The notes beneath the pieces are model-generated. The model was not told the origin of the DNA and made no database searches. It worked only from the letters and a program-made list of their open reading frames with translations. DNA of 64,000 nt, from positions 7,180,184-7,244,183 of the forward strand of contig OZ316895.1 of assembly GCA_973895155.1 (NCBI GenBank). Reading direction: 5' to 3'. Shown here piece after piece: positions 1 through 11,343 of the stretch. How positions within the stretch are numbered: position 1 is the first letter of the stretch; the number at the start of each line of letters is the position of its first letter. The DNA is from Marsupella aquatica. Its lineage: Eukaryota; Plantae; Marchantiophyta. Both the position numbers and the translations under genes were made by a program.

Positions 1-1639
1 TCCTTTTCTCATTCTTCCAACACATTCGTCTCAAGTCGTTTGTTGGGACTGATTCTATTCTGTCTGGTTTAGCTTTCATTGTGATAGTTTTAGAAGCAAA
101 TCTCGTGTAATTCATGTTCCTACTCTGCTACAAAGGCTGGTTTAGGGTTTTGGAGTTGGAGACAATCGACGAACTGGTTTGGATTAACAAGCGATGCTTC
201 CTCCGTCAGATGATGTATGCTAGATTCCTCATTGTGTAGCTTGGTCATTCCGTGTGTGTGTTTTCAGAGCACCTAATGCTCCTGATTATTGTTAGCGCTA
301 TGCATCCAGAGTATCACTAATTTGGAATTTAATAAGGCGAGGATAGGCAGGTTGCAATCGATTGGGCTAGTTAGTAACTCTATGGAGATCAGAGGACACA
401 CTTAGCTTTACTATATATTATGCTTGTCGTATAATTATGCTTTTGCTGTGCAAAATGTGGAGCAGGATGTTACTGTGGAAGGTAAGAAACAGGAAACTTT
501 GACGATGTGTCAACCAGAAAATTTATGCTCAAATGATATCCGAGTTTTTGTAACGAGGCTTGCATTTGAAGCAGATAAAATGTAAACGCATGGAAGCCAG
601 AGAATTGCTTTCGAGAGAGTTGTGGCCTAACTATTAACGAGGCAGAATTACGTGTTAGTTGATGAGTCGTAGACTCGGCAATATTCATTCAATGGATGAA
701 TTCGTCGGCTTTCCTCTGTCATATCAATCTCAGTCAGATCAAAACAAGCGATAAAACCCCAAGAGGGTGCGATTTTTCTTTTGCCCTAAATAGATTAGGT
801 TTTTAACATATGAAATTGAAATCTGACTGAGTTTTTATGGCTCACTAGCGGTGTCAGATCAGGGTTCTCCATCAATGTGCGACTTGAATTACTTTCCTGC
901 TGCAGTCGAGAACATAACTCTTTGCAATTAAATGGAGCCGTATTTATCTTGCGACGGTAAAGCATTCCCATTATCAGCTTCGATCAAGCTTATCATTGCA
1001 TCGTTGCTAGTCGAATTGATCTGGCATCGTCTGTTATGCTTCACTTGGTTTGACATTGGAGAAAATTTAATTCATGGTAACTATGGATTAGACAATTTCT
1101 TTCGAATCCCGGGTCCTAGTCAAAATTAGCCTCCGCAACATTGAACATGACACTACTTCGCCTCATGATAATTGAGCTGCGTACCGGAGTGACTTCCTCG
1201 TCTGTGGCTTCGGTTCCGTCGTCGGTCTCCGCATCCGTTTCCGACATATCGTCGAGGACTCGACGCTACCAGATGATATAAACTCTGCTTGTGGCGCGAC
1301 TTTCCGATGATCTGAGCGAGTCAGTCGATCATCCACAAATTATAGTACATTGTTAATTGGTATGTCCTTCGATGAAATTGAATCTGGGTTCTGAGTCGAG
1401 TGATTACTTCGACTCACTTTCACGAGAGGGACACCGATCCAACACGAGGATCCGCAATCAATAATGAAATCGAGGTAGGAGGATCACCCACAAATTGGTT
1501 CTGAGGAGATGTGGTTTAGTGGAACGAAGTGAAGAGGTCTTGACGGTCATTGGTCGCGCCGTGCGTTTTCGGCAAAATCAATCTTCGTTGGTTCTTTCTG
1601 TCCATCTGAAATCCTCTGTACATTACTGTCATTTTGTGT

Positions 1640-1995
1640 AGTAGTGCCTCTCAAAACTCGGCCTTGATTAAACATTAGTGTCATTTTATTTAGTGGTGTC
1701 TCTCAAAACTGGGCCTTGATGAAAAGTTCATGATTTATTGTCCATCCCAAACTCTGGTAATTACATCCCATGAAAGTGCCACTAGCCATGACAAAACTTG
1801 GATGGCATCCCATGGAAGAGCCACTAGCCATGACAAAACCTCTATTGACCAGGTTTCACCATTTTTAGTACATTTTTGATGAAATTGTAAAGCAAAGTCT
1901 AGCTATAGAAGTTTCACCATGTATAGTACATTTTTCCTTAACCACTTTTAGTACATTGTTCCTGAAATTGTGGAGCAAAGTCTCCCAGTAGAGGA
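1640..1995. repeat. Cluster of short direct repeats (about 51-bp x2, about 42-bp x2, and TAGTACATTTTT-containing units)
   Basis: tctcaaaact.ggccttgat at ~1649 and ~1701; catcccatg.aag.gccactagccatgacaaaac at ~1764 and ~1806; gtttcacca...tagtacatttt at ~1853 and ~1911. Confidence 0.6.
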
Positions 1996-2427
1996 AAGGA
2001 ATCACTCAATCACAGTAGAAGGAAGGAATATGAAAAAGTGAGGAATGTTGGACACCTCCCTTTTATATGGCCAGTGGTGGTTTAAGGACTAAAATGAAAA
2101 GAATGGGGAGGCAACTAAAAACATTGGGAGGCAACATTGACCTGCCCCATAAGATAGGGGTTGGGGTCTGAGTCTGATGTCATATATTCTTTTTCTTTCA
2201 TACTCTACTCCTGATGGCGTATATTCTTTTTCTTTCATACTCTACCCCTAATGCAACAGCCACCACAATCAGGCCAAAGCCACATGCCATCAATCTCACC
2301 TTTCCGGATATCCAAATTTGTGCCTAAAATACAATAAAGTGGTTAAGTTTATTAGTGACTAAGTGTTGAACCCACAGACTTTCTTATGATAGTTGATTGG
2401 CTCCCATAACTTTTATGTGCAGTCTCA

Positions 2428-4644
2428 TTATGTCTAGGATAATGAGAGTCTGGTCGACTGTTACTAGGATCTAATGGGCCAACCAGGTTCTGACACAGTT
2501 GTGACTGGCGGTAGCCAGGAGCAACTATGGAGGAACCGGGGAGAGCAGGTAAAGCCAAGTAACGTACGGCCAAGATCATCATTAACGTACATAAAGTTGA
2601 TCTCGTGTCCCAGTTACCGACCGGATCCAATTCAGCAAATCATAATAGCTGGAGAATCAATAATACTATCCTGATTATACAGATTACACAGATTTGCACT
2701 TCACTGTACAGAAACAAAATGATCTCAATAAAGACTCGTGGACCCAAGTGAGTGACATACTTTCAATCTTTTCTAATTCACCCCTTTGCACTTTTCTTGA
2801 TTGCAGCTGTGACTACCATGTACATTTTTGCAAATGTTGGATGCAAGTTTATGTTCAAGTCACGGTCAACCAGATTTGTCTCTTCTTTCAAAGGCCTGAT
2901 GTCAGTAGCCCTTCTAATAATATGGGTGAAGCCATTACACATATTCATAAGCATAGATGAGGGGTAAGGGGTCCCAGCCACCTTAACAACTCTTCAAAAG
3001 AGATTACTCAATAATTTGTTAAGTTGCCTCAATGACAGGTCTCCTAGTGCTATTGACATGTCCCATCCTAAACCTCTCCTCAAATCATTAGCGCGTTTCA
3101 TGGCCCATCTGTCGTTGTTCTCTGATAGCAATCTCTCTTGCCCCTGCATCTACTAAGCCAGCGTTGGAGAGTGCCCATAGCCCTGGCATACTTACTGCAG
3201 TTGCTCTTCCGTCCAATGTCTCGCTAGCAGAAATGACATCAAACCAAGGAGACGAGGTCTGCTACGGTCTCTAAGGCAGCCCAGGAACGCCAGATGAACA
3301 GGAACCAGGTCACTACGAGCTGTGTGGCATTAATGAGGTTTTCAACAACTGGCTAGGTAGTAAGCTGAATGGTAGGCAGTCTGATAGCAATAGCGATTGG
3401 GTGCACTTCACTCTTGATGTCTACTAGGCATCGGTGTTCGTTGTTGTTGGTGGTGATCTTGGTTTTGGTCCTCTTGTGAGCCGTGTTTGCCTTCGGGCGG
3501 TTTTGCTGGTTTTGGCTTTTGCGTGGGAGGTTCTCTCCCCTCGCTGGTGTTACTCCTTATAAATTTGGGTTTATTTATAAAAAAATTAAAATTAAAAAAC
3601 ACAAAAGCAGAAATGACATCAACATGATTCTTGGCCAGAGTAGTCACAACTTTAACAGCTACAATGTCTCTAGAAACCTCATCTAAAACAGCGGACATGT
3701 CAATGCTATCTACTTCCACACCATCACCAACATTCAGGCCATTCAAGTTATCGACGTAAAGAAAATCTGACTCTTCAGAGCTCCACTACTCTTCAACCTC
3801 CGTAATTGCTCCTTCAATCATGTCTGCATTGTCACTCACGTGGGCTATTCCACTCACCTCCGCCATGTTCTGTCCAGGCAACACAAACTCAACAGAAAAT
3901 AGAGTTTCAAAAATGAGACCAAGAGCTCCAGTGGGGTGATCATAATCAAGGCGCCATTGTCTGTAACTTAGACAACTAGAACAAGTTTTCTAGCAGAAAC
4001 CAAAACACTCAATTGCAACTTGCAAGAAAACTTATTCAAACAGGGTATTGTCATCAGCCTCTCTCTCTCCAAGAAACTGGCCAACCCCTGCTCAACTTGC
4101 ATTGAAATATCGCATTCCAAACTGGAATTGCCAACAACAGCTACCCCCCGTTTCATGCAACGCGCCATTCCTTGCCCAAATTGCTCGAACACAAGCTCTC
4201 ATGATCCAATCCCCTGCATATCGTTGGCGCTACCGCTGGTCTTGCGTACTCAAAGTGAAATCAAAAAGTGTCGAGGCTTCAAAAGTGTTGAATGAGATGC
4301 AAGTGCGTTCCGGTCTTTTTTTTTACCCATTGCCGCAGCTCAAAGATTTACATTGCCCATGATTTGCTGAACTGGATTCATGATTTGCTGAACTGGATCC
4401 AACCAGTAATTGGGACAGGAGATAGACTTTGCGTACGTTAATGATGGTCTTCGTCGATTGTTACTAGGTTGTAATGGATTGACCAGTTTCTCCACAGTCA
4501 TGACCGGTGGCCTTTTCCTCCACAGTTGTGACAATCAATCTTTCTTTTCTCCAAAGGAGCTCAGGGCTACCAAGACAGCCAGTTTAGAACTTGGTTGACC
4601 CAATACAACCTAGTAGGTATGGTCGATCATTATCCTAGACATAA
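2428..4644. mobile_element. Foldback/TIR-type element: diverged ~220-bp inverted arms around a 1.7-kb decayed coding-like interior
   Basis: The reverse complement of 2570-2643 matches 4380-4455, and that of 2428-2525 matches 4559-4644 (tcattatcctagacataa). No transposase or clear TSD seen. Confidence 0.5.
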
Positions 4645-4719
4645 GGGCAGCCTAGTAGTAATGGTCCCCAATGAGTACAGCCTAGTAGTAATGACCGCGT
4701 GTTAAATCTACAACACGTT

Positions 4720-5490
4720 AATGCTCTCCACTTTTCTTGGAGTCCCGTACATTGCCCATCTCAGTCCCCGATGTTGTTGCCCGCTACGGCCGGAGTTTGC
4801 CAAAACATCAACCAAGACTCTACCATTTTGTCATCCGCTCCGGCTCGATCAACTTTGTGCCATCGACTTCAGGTTTATGTTCTGGCACCTGTCACTTGTT
4901 GTCACCCGCTCCGGCCCAGGTCCCCAATGCTATTGCCCACTCCCGCAGCCCAGTCCAACCCAAGTTTGCAAGAACATAAACCACAACGCTGTCATTAATC
5001 ATGACTAACTCTTATCCAAAGTACTAGGTTTTGCCTTAACACTCACTCTATTACTAAACAGGCATGAATCCATTGGAAAGAAGTGTTGTCAAAACATGAA
5101 CCACGACTCCATAGAAAATAAGCATTTGGCAAAACATTAACCAAGACTATCAATCTTGCCTCTTAACCAAAGTACTAGGCTCTTCAACACTCACTCTATT
5201 ACAGAGCAAGCTTGACTTCATTGGAAAGAAGTGTTGTCAGAACATAAACCAAGACTACACAAGGAAGAAGTTGATGACACAAAATCGATTGGGCTGGAGC
5301 AAGCGATGACAAATGAAGGGTGCCAAAACATAAACCCGAAGTCAATTGCACAAAGTTGATCGGGCTGGAGCAGATGACAAAATAGAAGAATCTTGGTTTA
5401 TATTCTGGCAAACTCGGGCAGGAGCGGGCAGTAACATTGGGGACCGAGACAGGAAGTGTACGGAGCCCCAGGAAAATGGGGGAGCTCAGG
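4720..5490. mobile_element. Foldback (MITE-like) element with ~200-bp inverted arms and internal subrepeats
   Basis: 4790-4920 matches the reverse complement of 5290-5420 (gagtttgcca.aa.at.aaccaaga...cgatcaactttgtgc). Internal direct repeats: ccaaagtactagg, acactcactctattac, cattggaaagaagtgttgtca.aaca. Flanked by the direct repeat tcattatcctagacataagggca.cctagtagtaatggtccccaat at 4628 and 5511. Confidence 0.6.
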
Positions 5491-5721
5491 CACGGCGTAC
5501 TACTGGTCCATCATTATCCTAGACATAAGGGCAACCTAGTAGTAATGGTCCCCAATAAATACACTAATGGTCAATCATTATCCTGGACATAAGGGCCAAG
5601 GAAGGAAAGCACTTCTTTTCTGTTACTGCTCGGGTACTGTAGAAATGTCAGCCTTTGTAGTCACGATGATGCCACCTACATTCGGCGTAGAAATTTAAAG
5701 ACGAGTCTCGTACTTCCATTG

Positions 5722-5795
5722 CGCTAGATGGAGGGGTCGAACCTCCGACCTTGCGGTTAACAGCCGCACGCTCTAACCAACTGAGCTAATCCAGC
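5722..5795 (-). tRNA. trnN-GUU: tRNA-Asn (GTT), nuclear, intronless
   Basis: The reverse complement is GCTGGATTAGCTCAGTTGGTTAGAGCGTGCGGCTGTTAACCGCAAGGTCGGAGGTTCGACCCCTCCATCTAGCG: cloverleaf with D-loop/A-box, GTT anticodon and TTC loop/B-box. Confidence 0.97.
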
Positions 5796-7864
5796 CGATG
5801 GGCATCAGAAACTAGTTTGGTTTATTCGACCATTTACTCTATGACTCTTACTAGTAGTCTATAAAACTCCGGAGCGTAGCATTCGAAATTGCAAAGCGCG
5901 ATCCAATTGTGGGAATGAAGGAATGAAGGAATGGCTGCTCCGGATGTTCTTCAGCAATTACCTTAAGGAAAGGGAACGACACGACATTCAAGCCACTAAA
6001 TGAGAGAGGCAGAGATCAGAAACGCTTGGAGTCCTGTTTTAAGGCACTCCACGCTGAGAGAGTGTGCAGAAAGATTGTGCATTGAGAGTTCAACGTTTTG
6101 TCGCTGCGAATATTACTGCGAGCGATTGGGGAGGTTTGATCATCAGCACCTCTCAGGGATTGCCGGCAGTCGGTTGCTGCTGCAGCAGTGAGGGAGATGA
6201 GAGAAATTTTGGGGGTTTTATCTGATTACTTCTTACGCTTTTGTGAGAAGTGAGGGAAGCATGATTGGGAGGCTTGACAGACCCTGATTTTGGGGGAAAT
6301 CTTGCAAGGTATGCTTTTGAAATGAACCGGAGAAGTGCGGAGTTATTTCGGAGCGAAATGGCTGGAACTCATCATTTGTTTATCCCACTTTGCTACAGAG
6401 GTTTGTCACAACCGAGCATGACTAGGCAGCTTAGGGCTCAGATTGTGTCCTCGCAGAGTTCCGGACCTGTGCCGAGAACATTCCGTTTAAAACTACTAAC
6501 TGAGTGGTGCTGATATCTGTTTCTCAAAATAGTGCATTGAGCTGATAACACGATCCTTCACATTTAGTGGTCTTGTACGTGTTCTGACCATTTTTAAATT
6601 TGTTTGTTCTCAAGCAGAGGTAAGAGCAGGAAACGGAAAATTCGATTAGGCCCATGTCTATACCCCTGCTTATGGCCAACGAATTCCATGGCATATATCC
6701 CTGTTCGCAACAGGGATATATGCCCTGTTCCACGTGGATTCAATCTCAAATTGTTGGCAGCTTCTACTAACAGACTTGGTGCCTGGCCACAGAATTTGAA
6801 AAGTGACGAGAACAGGAGAGCACATTTCACTGCTTTTGGTAGGCCGGGCAACGTCCACCTAATTCTCTCGCTGCAAGCAATGCAAATGCAACCAGAAGCT
6901 GTAGCGCCGGTAGTCCCGACACAGGATTCAATGCCACAAGTCACCCTTGGGCCAATTGAGAGCCTGCAAATACTTAACTCTTAGCATCCAGGTGACTTTT
7001 GTTTACATTCATTTCCTGGAACCTCTGCCTTTGTTGTTCATGCATGTGTCGTAAGGAGAGGTGATAAAAGGTATGGAACTCCGTGTTTTTAAGCTAAGGG
7101 ATAGGAGCATCACTACATTGTAAGTTTCGTCTCGTTCTTTCAGCCAAGTATTCGTGTGTGCAGGTGGTATTTCTGTTGAAACAATGTTCCGATGGCTCGT
7201 GACACATATTTGCTGACCGTCTTAGTTGATGCTGACAGAAATGTCCTGAGTGAACAATAATTAGTGAATTCTAAGCTGCTATGAACCACTGTTTAATCAT
7301 GTAAGCTCGCATAAACTTGGGCATACTCAGATGAACCACTTCTAACACAGGCAGTTCATTGGAGAATGTCAAAGTTCATGGGAACTGATACTTTTAAAAT
7401 GTGATTTATTAAACGACTTCGATCTGGAATCATCGTAACCGAACAGTAATCAATTTGTTGTTGTGTCTATTAGTAAGCATCAGTCTGCACTTCACTATGA
7501 ACCTGGAGCTGCAGTAGCAGAAACGTCTGCTCTAGCATTGTTTATCACAGAAATGGTGGACAAGATTGCTTCTTTCAATCTGCGAATGAGATGCCCGCTT
7601 TTTTTATCCTACCGACACCATGAGTGAGGACGCTCAACGCGTCTGGCATCCCGCGTTGCAAGTATTCGACCTGTGAATTTCAGCTTGTGCGCTAGGCCCG
7701 CTGGCAATATGTGCTCTATTCCACCATCTCTGGAGTACTTCCTGGTGCGCTAGGGCCGCATCAGTTTCTCATCTGGTCATCAGTTTCCCTTGAAATGGGA
7801 GCCAAAGAAGCTGATGAAGTTTTGTGTGCAGGATTGAGGTGGTAGACAGAGAGCGCTTACCGAA

Positions 7865-10800
7865 ATGGCGGAGGCATGTGGCTTTTGCTACAGATCCTTT
7901 CTACAGAGTAGAAAAATGAATGAGTCACTTAAATGTGAATGTCAACGACCTTTCTTTTCGCAAATTGTTACACGCAACAACTTACCAATGGACCGAGATT
8001 GTTGGATTGTAAGTTCGATGAAATGACCTTTTGTGCCCAAAACTGTGCAGTTTTTCTTACTTTTGCCGCCTTCATGCAGAGGGAATGATTAGTTACAAAA
8101 AGTATAGATACTGTGAAGATCCAATAAATCATTGACAAGCGTTTCCCTATTGGTACAGGAGGTTCCGAAGCGATTTGTGCGGCATTACAGCTCTTTGTTT
8201 GGCGAAAATGTGCACTTCGAAGCGGACGATGGTCAGTCTTATTCCTGTCCACTTGTGGGCAGTGATATTGCCATTGTGGGGTATGGCTTTGAATGGTACA
8301 ATTTTGCAAGCTCGCACAACGTTGGTATGTGTGACCAAGTTGTCTTTACGCTGATGGAGAAGTCACGTTTTCTCGTTCAAGTTTACAAGGCAAATCCCAG
8401 GGTGAAGGTCGAAGTGAAGGTGGAACGAGATGCTGACGTCCAAATGGCTGGGGCGCAAGATTGGTTGCTGGCTAAAGCGAGGAGAAGTAGCGCAAACATA
8501 TCTGTGAAGGTGGAACCAGTTGTTGACGATCTTCCTGCAGATGTAGATACAGTACCATTGAAAGCCCCTACGGAACAAGGAATACACGAGTTCAAGATAC
8601 CGAGTTCGGAGAAGAGTGATGGGCAATCAGGGCAGGTCAAAGCCCAAAGCGAGGATGCAAACGATGAAGGTGTCGCATTGAAAGTCACTAGAGTACAACA
8701 AATTGACGACGAGAATGATGGCAAGAGACCAAGTTCGGAAAAACCTGATGGACAATCAGTGCAGGCCAAAGGCCCACGTGAGGATGCACACGATGAGAGC
8801 GCCGAAAGCGACGATGCAGAAAGTGAGGATGTAGAGGCATTGTCATCCTCCCCCTCAGAAATAGTGTGGTCGTTAAGAGGGTCCAAGAGAAAGATGACTG
8901 GCACTCGGAAGGGGAGGGGACGGAATTATAACAGGGAAGTGTCTGATGATGAAACTTCAATGGCAACAACTTCTGATGATGTAAGTGGAAGCACAGGTTC
9001 CCCTAACCTTTATTTACCACCGCCTCGAAAGCCTGGGCATCGTTGGGCAGAGCCAGGGACTACAAGACGCAAAACTTATGTGTCCAAACGGCGTCCTGTG
9101 ACCAGTGCTGAGAGAGAAAGAGTCTTGGAAGCTGCGAAGGCATGCCCGATTACTCATAACAGTTATTTGAGACAACTGGCGAAGGACAATTGTTATCGTT
9201 GTCTCATACTTGTAAGTTATCTTCACAGTAGTCTATTGGCGTAATGCATGACATCTGTGAACTTCAATGGAATAGAGTTTCTAGCATTTTGTAATAGTGT
9301 TTATTTGGATTGCTGCCTGAGGGAGAAATGATGTAGCTCAAACAGGTCAACTTGTTCAGAAGCAATCCAGGCCTAGATTTACTTGTATCCAACTTGACAA
9401 TCAGATGCTTATCTTGCAGGCCATTCCAGTCATGTGGTACCGTGAAAATATGCCCCAGATAACTCATTCATACAAGGGGACCCTTGTGGATGAAGAAGGA
9501 AACTCCTGGCTAACAAGGATCCGTCGTAAAAGGATATTTTGGGAGAAATTTTCTCTTGATCACTGTCTTGAGGAGTACGATGTAGTGGTAATGGAGCTTG
9601 TAGACTCGAGAGTAAAAAGTTTGACGTTTCGGGTTCATATTTACCGTGTATTGGGTGTGAAGATCATCATCAGAGGAAAGGCAGGTTGGGCAGTTCACTA
9701 CAATATTGTTGAGGGCAAGAAGAAGATGCAAGCTAGTAGGAAACTCTTACTGGCCAAAGCTCAAACTGAGGATGCAAACGATGAGGGTGCAGAAGGGGAC
9801 AATGCAGACAGTGAGAGTGACAATGCAGAAAGTGATTCAGCATCTGCATCCTCCACCTCAGATAGTGATTATCCACTGAGAGGGTCTAGGAGGGAGACGG
9901 TTGATACTCGAAACGGGAGTGGACAAACCTATAACAGCATGGAAATATCTGATGATGAAACTTCAGGGGCAACGACGTCCGATAATGCAAACAGAAGTGC
10001 CCCTCACCTTTATGTACAGAAAAACAGGGGGTTCGCACACCATTGGGCTCAGCCAGGGACTACTAGGCGCAAAACTTATGTGTCAAAGCGGCGTCCTGTC
10101 ACTTATGCCGAGAGGCAAAGGGTCTTGGAAGCTGCAAAGGCTTGCCCAATTTCTCATAACAGTTACTTGCGACAACTAGAGAAGGACAATTGTTATCGTG
10201 CTCTCATACTCGTAAGCAATCTTTAAAACAGTCAAGTTGTGCAGAAGCAACATAGTCCTAGATTTATTTGTGTCCAACTTGACAATTACATGCTTATCCT
10301 GCAGTGCTGGATTCTTGCAGGCAATTCCAGCACCATGGTGCCGCGAAAACATGCCTCAAACGAAAAAATCGTACAAGGGAACCCTTGTGGATAAACAGGG
10401 AAAGTCTTGGCAAACGAGGATCCGTGGCACGGAGATATTTTGGGGGAACTTCACTCTCGATCACTGTCTTGAGGAGGACGATGTCGTGGTCATGGAGCTT
10501 GTAGACCCAAGAGTCAAAAGCTTGGAGTTCCTAGTTCACATTTTCCGTGTAGTGGATGTGAAGAGGACCGTCAAAGGAAAGGTTGGTTGGGCAGTTCACT
10601 ACAGCGTTGTTGAGGGAATCCAGAAGGAAACTCGTAGGCAACTCCTGAAGGTAAGAACTCCACTCAGTGCGGCCTCAAAGCAGCAACTACTCTCAATGCC
10701 AACAGATTTCTAAAGGCTTGTGGACGTTGTGCAGGCGCAGGGCAAAATCAAAAGCTCAGAAAGCGTCTCGGGCCGACAATTGAGAAGGAAGCGTGCAGCT

Positions 10801-11343
10801 ACATATAGAGCGGTGGATTCAGAGAGTGACAGTGATCGTTTGAACTCAGGAGTAGACACTTCTCGTAAGAGACTGACGAGACGTGGAAGAAATCAAGCAG
10901 CAACAAATCGGTTGGTGGATTCTGAAAGTGACAGTGATCCTTCTAATTCGGCAGTACGTAAGAGACCGACAAGACGTGGAAGAAGTCAAGCAACTACATA
11001 CAGGACGGTGGATTCAGAGAATGACATTGAAGATGCTCTGCCATTGAAACCTCCAAAGGACTCCAAGAATGGAGGTCCGAACCGCTCCGAGACTGATCGT
11101 TATCACAGTGTCAGTGGACCAGGATCCAGTGCAGGAGCTGGACCATCTGCCAAGCAGAAAGCTGGGGATTCATCGGGTAAACGCTGTATTATTTGCTGGG
11201 ACGCACCAGCTGAAGCGGTCTGTATACCATGTGGCCACTTAGCAGGTTGCATGGATTGCATGACTGCAATTAAAGCAGAAGATTGGGATTGTCCTGTGTG
11301 CAGGGCATCAATTCAGCAACTGGTCAAAGTATATACTGTATAA
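7865..11343 (+). CDS. REM-type B3-domain protein (3 B3 domains) fused to a C-terminal RING-HC finger; ~975 aa; exons 7865-8008, 8159-9211, 9420-10211, 10321-10650, 10735-11343
   Basis: N-terminal CxxC (MAEACGFC). B3 motifs VPKRFV...WYNFASSHNV..CDQVVFTL and IP..W.RENMP...W..F.LDHCLEE.DVVVMEL. REM linker RRPVT.AER.RVLEAAKA. C-terminus CIICWDAPAEAVCIPCGHLAGCMDC...CPVCR. All four introns are GT-AG, phase 0, and keep the frame. Confidence 0.85.

Noticed and set aside
1-1560. Short ORFs and LTR-like composition at the window start
   Set aside because: No termini, PBS or protein motifs could be identified within the window.
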